This document shows positions 40,004-49,397 of a stretch of DNA of 51,314 nt, piece after piece (within the stretch, counting starts at the first letter, position 1; every line of letters starts with the position of its first letter). Location of the stretch: the IMG/VR virus record IMGVR_UViG_3300035490_000495. The stretch is one strand, 5' to 3'. The translations under genes were made by a program, and so were the position numbers. This DNA comes from a virus. The notes beneath the pieces are model-generated. The model searched no databases. It worked only from the letters and a program-made list of their open reading frames with translations, and was not told the origin of the DNA.

Positions 40004-40669
40004 TCAAACGGCCTTCTCAGGCTCCTTGGGCTCGGCCGTGCCGGTGTTCCCTGCTGACCCGGCCTCCCCCACGGTGCCGGTATACCCCGTCACCTTCCGG
40101 GAGACGTTCCTTGCCTCCACGCACTCCTGCAAGACGTCCCCGTCCTCCCCGTACTCGACGATATACCGCAGCTTCTTCTGGAACACCCTTGCCCGGTAGG
40201 TAATGCCGTCCCGTATGGCAGGGCCAGAGGAGGGAATGAAGGTCACGGGGGTCCCCTCGGGTATGATTCCCCCGGAGGGATAGGGGGCGATATGGTCGCC
40301 CGTGATGAAGTGGGTATGCTTGTCGCCGTCGTCTACGAGGTAGGTATCGCCCTCGGGCGGCTCAAGGATAGTGCCTTTCAGCGCCCCGTAGCTGTCAAGG
40401 CCGGAGTCCTGGTACACCACTGCCTGTCCTGGGTAATAGTCGTAGTCGCTGGTACAGAGGGGGCAGGTACAGCCCTCGTCCTCTTCCTCTTCCCCCCCCT
40501 CGGGCTCGTCAGCAGGGGGGTCCTTCCGGAAGGTCTGGTAGAGGGAGTCTCCCAGCCGTTGCAGCCTCCCGATATAACGGGGAAAGTAGCGGCATATGAT
40601 GGCTACTGCGGCAAGCTCCAGCAGCCCGTAGGTCAGGAACCCGAGCATGAAGTATGCTAGTCTGTACAT
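40004..40669 (-). CDS. membrane protein with N-terminal transmembrane helix and acidic linker (221 aa)
   Basis: MYRLAYFMLGFLTYGLLELAAVAIICRYF hydrophobic start; EPEGGEEEEDEGCTCPLC. Confidence 0.5.
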   Translation of the reverse strand: MYRLAYFMLGFLTYGLLELAAVAIICRYFPRYIGRLQRLGDSLYQTFRKDPPADEPEGGEEEEDEGCTCPLCTSDYDYYPGQAVVYQDSGLDSYGALKGTILEPPEGDTYLVDDGDKHTHFITGDHIAPYPSGGIIPEGTPVTFIPSSGPAIRDGITYRARVFQKKLRYIVEYGEDGDVLQECVEARNVSRKVTGYTGTVGEAGSAGNTGTAEPKEPEKAV

Positions 40670-40720
40670 TTTGTCAGTCTCCTCCGGTGATCTAGTCCTT
40701 CTCCTGAAGTATACACTGGT

Positions 40721-41107
40721 TTACAGTATGCTCTGCCGGTAGTTCTCCACGAACCACGTGTCCCCCGCCACCCATACCCTGCCGCCCTCGGCGTCCCGGC
40801 ACACCCAGTCCCCGTGCTCGACCAGCTTGAAGGTATGGGGGCTGGTGTGTATGTGGGCCCTCAGGCTCACCCCGAGGTCGAAGCAGTCCGTCTTGTGGCA
40901 TATGTCCGGCGTGTCCTGCCCCAGCCAGCGGTAGGCGGTTACGTCCTTGGGTATGAGGCTGTACCTGGCGGGCCTCCTGGGGTCGTAGAGGAACGTCGCC
41001 TTTGCCTTCTGGACTATCCTCACCAGGACAAACAGGGACCCGATGGTAGCAAGGACCACCAGGGCCGCCCCAGGGATGTCCCTGGCTATCTCGGTATGCA
41101 CTATCAT
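40721..41107 (-). CDS. membrane-anchored protein (128 aa from MIVHTEIARD...)
   Basis: ATGA overlap with the upstream stop; hydrophobic ALVVLATIGSLFVLVRIV. Confidence 0.45.
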   Translation of the reverse strand: MIVHTEIARDIPGAALVVLATIGSLFVLVRIVQKAKATFLYDPRRPARYSLIPKDVTAYRWLGQDTPDICHKTDCFDLGVSLRAHIHTSPHTFKLVEHGDWVCRDAEGGRVWVAGDTWFVENYRQSIL

Positions 41108-41562
41108 TTCTCCCCCTCGGGCTGCACGGGGGCCTGCCTGCCGGCCCTCCTCCACCCGTTCTCCTCGCAGTAGAACTCCTCCAGGGCCAGGGGAATCTCG
41201 AAGGGGGGGCTCGCCATCCTCCCGAAGGGCTGGAACTCGTCAAGGCGCTGCTCCCCTGGCCGGGCCTCCGTCCAGTAGCCTATCGTCTCCGGGAACACGT
41301 CGTGGAACTTGGTCCGCCAGTGGACGAACTCCTGCCTCTCGGCGTTCCACCTGGCAACGGTGGCGTTCCGGCATATGCCGTGGTAGTACGCCCCGTGCTC
41401 TAGCTGCTCCCTGGGGACCATCGGGGGGGCCTGGCTGTCCTTGAAGGCGGGGCACAGCATCGTCCTGAGGAACAGGCGCTCTGCCCCCTCGCACCCGTCC
41501 CTGCCGCACCAGGGGCAGAGCCCCCACTGCCTCTCCGCTGTCCCCTCGTCTATGCCAGCCAT
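41104..41562 (-). CDS. hypothetical protein (152 aa) with N-terminal Cys cluster (CPWCGRDGCEG)
   Basis: ATG ORF. Confidence 0.5.
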   Translation of the reverse strand: MAGIDEGTAERQWGLCPWCGRDGCEGAERLFLRTMLCPAFKDSQAPPMVPREQLEHGAYYHGICRNATVARWNAERQEFVHWRTKFHDVFPETIGYWTEARPGEQRLDEFQPFGRMASPPFEIPLALEEFYCEENGWRRAGRQAPVQPEGEK

Positions 41563-41568
41563 AGGTCG

Positions 41569-41850
41569 TCAGACAATCCTGAACACCATGAACCTGCCGT
41601 CCCCGGTCAGCTCGCCGACATAGTGCCTCGACGGGAGCACGGCCTGGGATATCCCGCTCCGGAGCTGCCGCTCCTTGTACTCCTTGACGATGCCTGGGGC
41701 AACGGTGTCGAACAGGGCGTCCATCTGCACCCTGAAGTTGCGCTCGGCCTCCTCCACTGTCTTCCTTGCCTCCTCCAGCAGGGTCCTTGCCCTGACGATA
41801 GGCAGGTACAGCTCCCTGGCCACAGGGACTACGATTGGCTCCTCTGTCAT
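41569..41850 (-). CDS. hypothetical protein (93 aa)
   Basis: ATG ORF. Confidence 0.45.
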   Translation of the reverse strand: MTEEPIVVPVARELYLPIVRARTLLEEARKTVEEAERNFRVQMDALFDTVAPGIVKEYKERQLRSGISQAVLPSRHYVGELTGDGRFMVFRIV

Positions 41851-41875
41851 CGGTGCCCTCCTGTGCTACTATACC

Positions 41876-42229
41876 TTATTTCCTGAGGTATTCCGCGTAC
41901 CACGGCGGTGGCCAGGGGAGGTAGAACTTCCTGCCCCACCTGCCTGCCTCGTAGCCGATGCCCAGGACGGCCCTCATGTGGCGGTCCCAGTCGCGGGCGT
42001 CGGGCACGCAGAGGCGCTTCCCGCCGTCACGGCTCCAGCTATAGGTGTTGTTCCAGGGGCAGCTACGGAAGTGGGGGAGGGGGATATCGAGGCCTGGGTC
42101 CTTCAGCATCAGGCGCACCAGGTGGTTATGCACCCTGCGGACCCCACGGTGGGCCAGCACCTTGTCCTCCTTGGCGGACGTGCCTACCCCGCACACGGCG
42201 CAGTAGGGCCTGCGGTACGAACGAGACAT
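41876..42229 (-). CDS. hypothetical protein (117 aa), CAVCG N-terminus
   Basis: ATG ORF. Confidence 0.45.
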   Translation of the reverse strand: MSRSYRRPYCAVCGVGTSAKEDKVLAHRGVRRVHNHLVRLMLKDPGLDIPLPHFRSCPWNNTYSWSRDGGKRLCVPDARDWDRHMRAVLGIGYEAGRWGRKFYLPWPPPWYAEYLRK

Positions 42230-42318
42230 TGGGCTTTACCTCCCTATGTCATCGTCCTGCGCCTCCGCTTGGTGTGGTCCTCATGGTCTCTAATATAGGG
42301 GGCTGCTAGATGCTTTAT

Positions 42319-42570
42319 TTACCTCCCCGCCTCCTCCAGGATGACCCTCTTCCAGTAGTCCCGGATTCCGGCCTGCACATTGTCCCTGTACAGGTCCGTC
42401 TCCGCCTCCTCCCAGGCAGAGATAGTGTCTATAATCCTATCGACCGCCCTCTCGGCCTGCTCCTCTGTCATCCTCTCCTCCAGCCAAGCCTTACGCCAAG
42501 CCAGTAGATATCGACCTGGCGCTGTATCCTGACGCGCATCACGAGGGGCACGAGGCGGGAGTACGGCCAC
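42319..42570 (-). CDS. hypothetical protein (83 aa; alternative start MTEEQAERAV at ~42472)
   Basis: ATG ORF. Confidence 0.4.
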   Translation of the reverse strand: MAVLPPRAPRDARQDTAPGRYLLAWRKAWLEERMTEEQAERAVDRIIDTISAWEEAETDLYRDNVQAGIRDYWKRVILEEAGR

Positions 42571-42594
42571 CGCTTCCAGTGCGGCCGGCAGCCC

Positions 42595-43086
42595 CTATCC
42601 AGCCAGGCCTGCATCTGTCCCCCCTGCGGGTTCTACCCCTACGGCCCTCAGCCACTTCTCCTCCGGCTCCGACAGCGGGGAGGGGTAGGGGTCGCCGGGC
42701 TTCCACAGGTGCCTGTGGTCCGGGAGCCTGCCCAGCTCGGGGTCCCTGATGCCCATCCACACCCATATGGACATCTGGATGGCGTTGATGATGTTCCAGG
42801 CCGCCTGGGAGAGGTGGGGCTGCGTCCTCTCGCCCGCTATGTGCTGGTCGATATGGCGCTTGCCGCTGTCGAGCAGGTCCTCGACAGGCATGCCATGCTC
42901 CCAGTTCCTCCACCCCCGCCCCAGGTTGCCGTCCTCGTATATCCTGGAGACCAAGAAGAGGGCGTCAGGGGGCATCCAGACAAGCCTGCCCTTGCCGCGC
43001 CTGGAGTCCCTGGTGGCCCCCGTGCCGTAGACGGTGTCCTTGGCCTCTATCTTCTTGAACCCTGTGTCAGGAGTCTCTTCGCCCAT
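42595..43086 (-). CDS. hypothetical protein (163 aa from MGEETPDTGF...)
   Basis: ATG ORF; no motif assigned. Confidence 0.45.
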   Translation of the reverse strand: MGEETPDTGFKKIEAKDTVYGTGATRDSRRGKGRLVWMPPDALFLVSRIYEDGNLGRGWRNWEHGMPVEDLLDSGKRHIDQHIAGERTQPHLSQAAWNIINAIQMSIWVWMGIRDPELGRLPDHRHLWKPGDPYPSPLSEPEEKWLRAVGVEPAGGTDAGLAG

Positions 43087-43145
43087 GCTGCCTAATACCA
43101 CCCGAGAAGAACGACTTTCCATCCTTTACATAGGGGGAGATTCCT

Positions 43146-43421
43146 ATGCCTGACGTCACGCCTAACCTCGGTCTTGTCCTGTCCCGCTATGAGGACCAGG
43201 AGCACCTGGAGTACAACGCCAACTGGGAGACACTGGACTCGACTCCCGGCCAGACCGGGTATACGGGCTATACCGGCCCCCATACGGGCTACACAGGGTA
43301 CACGGGGGACACCGGGCCGGACTTCACGGACTTCACTGGCTATACCGGGCCCATGACGCTGGTCGGGTATGGCCAGACCAGCGTGCTCGGCTCCCCGTAC
43401 TGGGTGCCGCTGTACAACTAG
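43146..43421 (+). CDS. small collagen-like GYT-repeat protein (91 aa), paralogous to the repeat region of gene 1..960
   Basis: Plus-strand ATG with GGGGGAGA RBS; ...DSTPGQTGYTGYTGPHTGYTGYTGDTGPDFTDFTGYTGPMTLVGYG..., the same GYTG triplet units as the fibre-like gene; convergent with gene 43418..43738. Confidence 0.55.
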   Translation: MPDVTPNLGLVLSRYEDQEHLEYNANWETLDSTPGQTGYTGYTGPHTGYTGYTGDTGPDFTDFTGYTGPMTLVGYGQTSVLGSPYWVPLYN

Positions 43422-43738
43422 CCCAGGGGATGGTCGGTAAAGTACAGGGGGTCCTTAGGGTCATACCCCATAGTGCCCTGTGCTTGTGCAGGCGGGATAG
43501 CAGGCCTCAGGCTGGTGCTGGCCATGGCGATGTCCAGCAGGCGCTTGGTCTCCCTCTGCTGCCAGCACAGGAACAGGGCCAGCGCCCCAAGGGTACGCCC
43601 GTCAGTCCAGCCATATGCCTTCCCGGCCTCCAGGATGTCCCAGGGCACAGGGTCGGCCCCGAACTCCGCCGTGATCGTCCTGAGCAGCTCGGAGGTGCTT
43701 TGCCCGGCTATAAGCCGTCCTATCTCGTCCCTTGTCAT
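43418..43738 (-). CDS. hypothetical protein (106 aa)
   Basis: ATG ORF. Confidence 0.45.
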   Translation of the reverse strand: MTRDEIGRLIAGQSTSELLRTITAEFGADPVPWDILEAGKAYGWTDGRTLGALALFLCWQQRETKRLLDIAMASTSLRPAIPPAQAQGTMGYDPKDPLYFTDHPLG

Positions 43739-43751
43739 ACGGGCCTCCCTG

Positions 43752-44054
43752 TTATGCCTGGAACGCCTTGAGGACGGGGATGCTCTGTACCCTTCCCTCC
43801 TCCGCCCCCTTGCTCTCCATCTCGTAGAGGGTGTCCAGGAGCCTCTTGATATCCTTTCCCCTCTCGGTCACGTTGGAGAACCGTATGAACACGGGGGCGT
43901 CCTTTCCCCCCCATATGTACCCTATGACGCATACCCCGTAGCTCTCCGCCAGGGAGGAGAGTTGCTGGGCCATCTCCTGGAGGTCGGCGCTATGCGCCCT
44001 TGCCACCTCCCTTGCCTGCTTCTCCTGCTGGCTTTCCGGGCCGCTCTCGCTCAT
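43752..44054 (-). CDS. hypothetical protein (100 aa)
   Basis: ATG ORF. Confidence 0.45.
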   Translation of the reverse strand: MSESGPESQQEKQAREVARAHSADLQEMAQQLSSLAESYGVCVIGYIWGGKDAPVFIRFSNVTERGKDIKRLLDTLYEMESKGAEEGRVQSIPVLKAFQA

Positions 44055-44310
44055 TGCCTTCCCCCTTCATGCTCTTGATTTTATAGGCCATCTCAAGGGC
44101 CCTCAGCGTGGAGACCCGCAGGGCGTTGACAAGGCCGAAGTCCTGTACCATCCCCCGGTAGTTCTCGTAGATGTTCAGCAGGCTCTTCCTCTTCCACCGC
44201 CTGCCCTCCACCAGCATCAGGGAGCCGTCTATGTAGTCCCTCCACTGCTTGAGCAGTACGGCAAGGCTCCAGAGCTGGTCGGTGGTGAGCGGCTTGGCTG
44301 GCTGGCGCAT
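43990..44310 (-). CDS. hypothetical protein (106 aa)
   Basis: ATG ORF; 65-nt overlap with the downstream gene, so its start is uncertain. Confidence 0.4.
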   Translation of the reverse strand: MRQPAKPLTTDQLWSLAVLLKQWRDYIDGSLMLVEGRRWKRKSLLNIYENYRGMVQDFGLVNALRVSTLRALEMAYKIKSMKGEGNERERPGKPAGEAGKGGGKGA

Positions 44311-44334
44311 ACGGTCCTCCGCCCCTAGTATACC

Positions 44335-44967
44335 CTAGACGGCGTAGGAGAGGGTGAGGATTTTATGCTTTCCGCAGATGCAAGGCTTGCCACGGTGGAC
44401 GTTCCAGCGGAGGCAGTTGGTTATAAGAGCACCGATAGGACCTCCAAGATGTCCTCCAATGGACCCTCCTGCATGTCCTCCACGGACCTTAGCCTCCCGA
44501 GGCTGGATACGAGCAGCCTCCTTACCACCACGGACTTTTGCCTCCCGAGACAGTTTACGGATAGCAGTAATCCCGCCCTTGTGGCCTCCGATAAGACCCC
44601 CGATATGGCCAATCCTAGCAAAGTAGCCTGGTTTTTCGGAGTTTACCTTTCCACCGATATGCCCCATGTCCGTATAATCTTGGGAGCCCGGCAGGGTCAG
44701 GTTCATCCCCCCTGGGTAGCCGTGCCAGGCATGGTACCTGAACATGGCCACGGTCTCGGCAAGGTTGGCGTCAAGGTGGTTATCGGCGGGCTCAGCCCAC
44801 CTGACAGGGCCGGGGAGCCGTATATCTGGGAAAAGGGCCTTAAACCTACGGCCAAAGGAGGTCTTACCAGAGCGGTGCCGTGAGTCCCTGTTAACCCCCT
44901 GCCCTACATAGAGCCATTTGCATGGGTCAAAGGGATGAGGGTAGCGATAAAGGGAGATTAACTTCAT
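44335..44967 (-). CDS. putative GIY-YIG-like homing endonuclease with C-terminal Gly/His repeats (210 aa)
   Basis: KLISLYRY...WLYVGQGVNRDSRHRSGK resembles GIYxI...YVGxx..R motifs; the C-terminal IGHIGGLIGGHKGG / REAKVRGG repeats resemble NUMOD-type DNA-binding modules; weak. Confidence 0.4.
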   Translation of the reverse strand: MKLISLYRYPHPFDPCKWLYVGQGVNRDSRHRSGKTSFGRRFKALFPDIRLPGPVRWAEPADNHLDANLAETVAMFRYHAWHGYPGGMNLTLPGSQDYTDMGHIGGKVNSEKPGYFARIGHIGGLIGGHKGGITAIRKLSREAKVRGGKEAARIQPREAKVRGGHAGGSIGGHLGGPIGALITNCLRWNVHRGKPCICGKHKILTLSYAV

Positions 44968-45290
44968 ACCACGTATGATAGGGTAAGCTGGTCTCGGTCA
45001 AGGATTTCAAACCCTTGAAGTTTAGAGTCAGACGGCACAGCCTCATCCTCACGAAGAGCTTCAAAAGTAGGTAAGAAGCACTCCAGGACTGGGAACACCT
45101 GCATGTGGGGGAGGAGGATGCATGCCTCCTCCACGTAGGGGGGCTGCGCACCGTACTGGGCCAGGAGCATGCTCCTGAGGTGCCTGGGCTGGGAGGTAAG
45201 GTAGCGCAGGCGCACCTTTACCCTTCCGGGCAGGGACGCGGCCAGGGGTATCTTAACCCCTCCTGCTGCTGCTTGTGTCGAGGAACCCAT
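44964..45290 (-). CDS. hypothetical protein (108 aa)
   Basis: ATG ORF. Confidence 0.4.
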   Translation of the reverse strand: MGSSTQAAAGGVKIPLAASLPGRVKVRLRYLTSQPRHLRSMLLAQYGAQPPYVEEACILLPHMQVFPVLECFLPTFEALREDEAVPSDSKLQGFEILDRDQLTLSYVV

Positions 45291-45936
45291 CCAGTGCCTC
45301 CTCCAGGCTGCTCTTTATGCCCATCTGCCGGTAGAACTCCTGGTCCTCCGGCGTAGGGGAGGGAAGCTCTCCGGGCGGGGCAGGGGGCCTGGGGGCGGCG
45401 GGCTTCGCCGGGGAGGGCCTGGCAGGGGAGGTCCTCCTGACGGCCTTGCTTATGGACATCGGCTGCCCCTTGCCTGTCCTGGCCATGTAGTCCCTGAGGC
45501 TCAGGTCGTCCTTTGCCAGGGCCGGGCTGGCGAGGTCCTTCATCGAGGCCCTGCCCCTCGTCCAGCGGGTGCTGAGGAAGCTGGCCTCCCGTATCCCCTC
45601 CCCTCCCCCGGAGGTATAGGCGAACCCCAGCCCCTCGATATGGATGCCGGACCCCAGGAGGGCATAGAGGGCATCGGAGGACAGGGGTATGGCCACTGCT
45701 ATCTCGGAGAGGGCAACGTCCTCCTCGGCAAGGGTGGGGTTGCCCTCCTCGTCCCAGTAGTCCTCCGCCGAGTCTATGATGGCCTCCTTGGCGGCGGCCA
45801 GCACCCCTGGGGAGGAGGTAAGGGCGTACAGGAATATGCTAAGCTCCCCCGCCTTCTCGGCGCTCAGCCTCTCTATTATCTCCAGCCCCCCCATCAGGGA
45901 GCGGAGGCTCTGCTCGTCTGCCCAGAAGTACTCCAT
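45253..45936 (-). CDS. hypothetical protein (227 aa) with Pro/Ala-rich linker
   Basis: ATG ORF. Confidence 0.5.
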   Translation of the reverse strand: MEYFWADEQSLRSLMGGLEIIERLSAEKAGELSIFLYALTSSPGVLAAAKEAIIDSAEDYWDEEGNPTLAEEDVALSEIAVAIPLSSDALYALLGSGIHIEGLGFAYTSGGGEGIREASFLSTRWTRGRASMKDLASPALAKDDLSLRDYMARTGKGQPMSISKAVRRTSPARPSPAKPAAPRPPAPPGELPSPTPEDQEFYRQMGIKSSLEEALDGFLDTSSSRRG

Positions 45937-45963
45937 TGGCCCCTCTAATAAGGAGGGCGGAAG

Positions 45964-46143
45964 CTACCTCCTGAACAGGGCCTTGAGGAGGGCCGCTATG
46001 GCAGGGCCAATCTCCCTGTCCCGGCGTGGCTGCCCCTTGGATATCTCCACCTCCGCCACGCCTGCAATCCTTATGGTGACGGTATGCCCCTGGAGGAGCC
46101 TCTGGATGGTCGCCTCGCTCACCTGCACCCTGGCCTTGGTCAT
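45964..46143 (-). CDS. small protein (59 aa from MTKARVQVSEATIQRLLQGHTVTIRIAGV...), possibly a DNA-binding swapped-hairpin type
   Basis: ATGA overlap with the dCMP deaminase stop. Confidence 0.35.
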   Translation of the reverse strand: MTKARVQVSEATIQRLLQGHTVTIRIAGVAEVEISKGQPRRDREIGPAIAALLKALFRR

Positions 46144-46601
46144 CTTGGTAGGAAGTCCTTCGGCACCCCTATCTCCAGGACCCTGCCTCCGCACTCCTGG
46201 ATGTACTCCCTCGCCCCGTCATCCCCCCACCGCCTGCTCAGGGCGTCCTCGGAGGCATGGGGGCAGACGAACAGCCTGATGCCAGCCTGTATGATGATGG
46301 GGGCGCACCTGATACAGGGCATCATGGGCCAGGTGAACAGGGCATACCCTGCTACCGGCTCCCTGGCGTGGACGGTAGCGTTCACCTCGCCATGGATGAT
46401 GTGGGCATACTTCCACTCCCGGTCGGCGTATAGCGCCTCGTCGTCCTTTGCCCCCCTGGGAAAGCCGTTGAACCCTAGGCTGGCCACTGTCTTGTCGGGC
46501 CGCACGATGACGGCCCCTACCTTGGTCGAGGGGTCCTTGGACCACTGTGCCACGTAGGCCGCCAGCCCCAGGAACCTCCTGTCCCACTTCTCGCTGAACA
46601 T
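46140..46601 (-). CDS. dCMP (deoxycytidylate) deaminase, zinc-dependent cytidine/dCMP deaminase fold
   Basis: HGEVNA (His/Glu zinc-site motif) and PCIRCAPIIIQAGI (PCxxC) match ComEB/dCMP-deaminase signatures. Confidence 0.8.
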   Translation of the reverse strand: MFSEKWDRRFLGLAAYVAQWSKDPSTKVGAVIVRPDKTVASLGFNGFPRGAKDDEALYADREWKYAHIIHGEVNATVHAREPVAGYALFTWPMMPCIRCAPIIIQAGIRLFVCPHASEDALSRRWGDDGAREYIQECGGRVLEIGVPKDFLPR

Positions 46602-46602
46602 C

Positions 46603-47241
46603 CTACTCCTTCGGCAGCTCCACGGGCTCCAGGTCGTCGAAGATTACCGGTATGGTTTTCTTGAACTCCAGCAGCAGCGGCACCGCTATCTCCTTCATCT
46701 GGGGGTGCGCCCCAGGGTTGCACGCCCTCTTCCTGAAGAAGTTCCTCCAGCTCGTCAGGTCGAGGCTCATGATAATCTCCGTCTTCAGGCTGTTGGGGAG
46801 GACGGAGCGGGCTATCTCCGGCCTTGCCCCCAGCCTGCGAAGCTCGTTGTATGCCTTCTCGGCCTCGCTCATGGCGTACATCCAGACATCGAGCTGCGCC
46901 GGGGTCATGTGCCGGCCGATAGCGATGACCTCGATGTTCCCCGCCTTGGCATAGTCGCAGTAGCGGGTGGACTCCTGGAGGTAGGCGGCGACACGGTGCC
47001 GGACTATCTCATGGCTCACCCCCCGGTCGCAGACTATCCTGACCGTGATGATGTGGTGGTCGGCGATGCCCTCGTGCTTGAGGGTATGGAGGAGCCTCCC
47101 GACGAACGCCTTGGTCTGCTCCATGTCCCCCGTCTTGCCCTCGGACTTGTAGCAGTTGCGGGCGTACTTCTCTATCTGGCGCAGGATGAGGCTGCCGTCG
47201 TAGTCGTTCTCGATATGGGCCTCTGCCGTGCGGAGAACCAT
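46603..47241 (-). CDS. thyX: flavin-dependent thymidylate synthase ThyX
   Basis: ThyX signature HEIVRHRVAAYLQESTRY (RHRxxxxxxxS); start taken at MVLRTAEAHI. Confidence 0.8.
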   Translation of the reverse strand: MVLRTAEAHIENDYDGSLILRQIEKYARNCYKSEGKTGDMEQTKAFVGRLLHTLKHEGIADHHIITVRIVCDRGVSHEIVRHRVAAYLQESTRYCDYAKAGNIEVIAIGRHMTPAQLDVWMYAMSEAEKAYNELRRLGARPEIARSVLPNSLKTEIIMSLDLTSWRNFFRKRACNPGAHPQMKEIAVPLLLEFKKTIPVIFDDLEPVELPKE

Positions 47242-47251
47242 CTTTCCCTCC

Positions 47252-47755
47252 CTAGACAGGCACCCCGGCCACGGCACCCTCGTCGAAGGCGCTCTCGCCT
47301 TCGTCCTCCGGGGTGGGGTCGCCCAGCCCCGGCAGGGACGGGCCGCCCACGCAGGTCGGGCAGGGCCCTGGAGGGGGGGGCATTACCCCCTCGCCCTCTG
47401 TCCCTACCGGCTCGTATACAGGCTCCAGCTTCACCAGCTCGTAGGAGATGATGGCGTCCTTGATGGCCTCCCACGTCTCGTGGTTGAACGGGCCGTCCGG
47501 CAGGTCGTTGCCCCGGTGCCAGTCCTCCCCGGCCCTCGTCTTCCTGCTGTTGGCCCCGCACCCCAGGTAGGTCGGGGTGGCATGGATGTAGTAGGTATGG
47601 CTGTCGGTGCAGAGGATATAGCGCAGGTGCCCTGGCGTGGATGGCCTGCTGTCCTCCCTGACGTGCTCCTTAAGGCTGCCGTGGCGTACCGCTATCTCCT
47701 TGAGCCACTCCAGCAGCGTGTCCCTCGTCCTTTCCAGCGTCATTGTCTCGCTCAT
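47252..47755 (-). CDS. hypothetical protein (167 aa)
   Basis: ATG ORF; the C-terminus is Pro/Gly/Glu-rich. Confidence 0.45.
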   Translation of the reverse strand: MSETMTLERTRDTLLEWLKEIAVRHGSLKEHVREDSRPSTPGHLRYILCTDSHTYYIHATPTYLGCGANSRKTRAGEDWHRGNDLPDGPFNHETWEAIKDAIISYELVKLEPVYEPVGTEGEGVMPPPPGPCPTCVGGPSLPGLGDPTPEDEGESAFDEGAVAGVPV

Positions 47756-48416
47756 CTATCCTCCTGAACACAAGGTTCTTCTGGAAGAAAAGCCAGTCCA
47801 GAAAGCTGGCACCCCTGCTGAGGGGGACCCGTATCTCGATAAGGTCCGGCCGTCTGCGGTCTATCGTCCCGCAGTAGTCCCGCATCACCTGCCTCTGGTA
47901 GGAGTCCGACCTGCCCTCGATGGCGTACAGGGTGCCGTCCCCCGAGGGCGGTGCCATCGCCGTCCTGAAGGTCAGGAACTCTATGTGCTCGGGGTCGCTG
48001 AAGGCCACGTCGGCGTGCGGGCATACCCTTACCTGCTGCTCGAAGGAGAAGGCCTCTGTAACGTCCCTCGTCCTTACCGGGAACTTTCTTGTAAGCCATG
48101 CGGGGAGGCAGTCCCGCTTGAGCATCTGCCACCAGGAGGCGGGGACCTTTATGGCCATGGTCTTGCTCACGACCTCGTGCTGCTCCTCGTCCCTCAGCAC
48201 CCATCCCGTCAGCCTCAGCACCATCCTCCCCAGGATGTAGCTGTACTCACGGCGCAGCTCCAGGCTGTTCCTGAGGCAGGGGAGCATGCCAAGCTCCTCC
48301 CTTGCCCGGCCAAGGCAGGGGTCAGCCTCCTGGGTGCCTACGCAGAGGCGCTTGAGGCTGTGGAACACCGCCTCTGCCGGGCCGAGCGCTGCTGACTGGT
48401 CTAGCCTTTGGGTCAT
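47670..48416 (-). CDS. hypothetical protein (248 aa)
   Basis: ATG ORF; 86-nt overlap with the downstream ORF, so one boundary is uncertain. Confidence 0.5.
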   Translation of the reverse strand: MTQRLDQSAALGPAEAVFHSLKRLCVGTQEADPCLGRAREELGMLPCLRNSLELRREYSYILGRMVLRLTGWVLRDEEQHEVVSKTMAIKVPASWWQMLKRDCLPAWLTRKFPVRTRDVTEAFSFEQQVRVCPHADVAFSDPEHIEFLTFRTAMAPPSGDGTLYAIEGRSDSYQRQVMRDYCGTIDRRRPDLIEIRVPLSRGASFLDWLFFQKNLVFRRIDERDNDAGKDEGHAAGVAQGDSGTPRQP

Positions 48417-48653
48417 CTAGGCTATCCCCCCGCTCAGGCCCTCGGCCCTCATCCAGCGCATGAAGTGGCTCTTGTACTCAAAGGGCACCAGGGCCTCAGT
48501 AATGCTGCCAGGCGAGCCTACTGAACGCCAGCCCTTGCACTTCCTGACTGGCCGGACCGAGAACGTCTGGAGGTCGGCCCTCTGCCTCCTGGTCATCCTG
48601 CCCACTACCTCCATGAGGACTATCATCAGTACACCTCCTGCACCGTGAAGCAC
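48417..48653 (-). CDS. hypothetical protein (78 aa)
   Basis: ATG ORF abutting the next start. Confidence 0.35.
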   Translation of the reverse strand: MLHGAGGVLMIVLMEVVGRMTRRQRADLQTFSVRPVRKCKGWRSVGSPGSITEALVPFEYKSHFMRWMRAEGLSGGIA

Positions 48654-49075
48654 CTCGCCCTCTCCCCCCTGGTGAAGGATACGGCCATGGGGATGAGCCA
48701 GCGCCCGTTGGGCACCAGGTCGAGGTCCTGCACGTCCCTGGTCTTATGGATGGATACTTCCTCGTCGGTCTGGGTACGGCACTCCCATGCGTCCCCCCTG
48801 GCCCAGAAGAACCACACTGTGGCCTCGGGGAAGTCCAGGCGGGCCAGGGGGCTCCAGTCGTCCCATGCTACCCCGGCCTCCTCCCTGAACTCCCGGCGCA
48901 TGCCATCCAGCGGGGTCTCCCCGTCCTGGAGCTTGCCGCCTATCCCGTTCAGGAGGCCCCTCTGCCACTCGGGGCGCTTCTTGCGGATGAGGACTACTGC
49001 CTCCATGTAGGGGCTGAACATGAACCCGACACAGTAGAGTCTCTTCCCCTCAGGGAGTGATTCCCAGGCGTCCAT
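48626..49075 (-). CDS. NUDIX hydrolase
   Basis: Nudix box GGKLQDGETPLDGMRREFREEAGV (Gx5Ex7REUxEExGU). Confidence 0.8.
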   Translation of the reverse strand: MDAWESLPEGKRLYCVGFMFSPYMEAVVLIRKKRPEWQRGLLNGIGGKLQDGETPLDGMRREFREEAGVAWDDWSPLARLDFPEATVWFFWARGDAWECRTQTDEEVSIHKTRDVQDLDLVPNGRWLIPMAVSFTRGERARCFTVQEVY

Positions 49076-49088
49076 GCCCCCTAATACT

Positions 49089-49397
49089 CTACCACCTCAC
49101 GTTGGGGCCGAAGATATGATGGCCCTCGGGGTGGACGGGGCAGGATATATGCGCCCCCTCGGGGGGGATGACCATCCAGAGCGGCTTGCCGAGGGTACAC
49201 TCGGCATAGTCGTCCGGCCAGGGCCTCCTCTTGGGGGGGCACCATGGGCAGGGGCGCTCCGGGCTGGGCCGGGGCCTCGGGATGACGGGCCTCGGGACGG
49301 CAGGCAGCGGCCTGGGCCTGGGGTAGGGATAGGGCGGAAAAGGGGGCCTCGGCCAGGGATAGGGCACCCCTGGCGGGGGCCACATGAACATGCACAT
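49089..49397 (-). CDS. proline-rich hypothetical protein (102 aa)
   Basis: PRP/PYP-rich N-terminal two thirds with a more protein-like C-terminus (ECTLGKPLWMVIPPEGAHISCPVHPEGHH); an alternative overlapping frame (49081..49482) also exists. Confidence 0.3.
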   Translation of the reverse strand: MCMFMWPPPGVPYPWPRPPFPPYPYPRPRPLPAVPRPVIPRPRPSPERPCPWCPPKRRPWPDDYAECTLGKPLWMVIPPEGAHISCPVHPEGHHIFGPNVRW

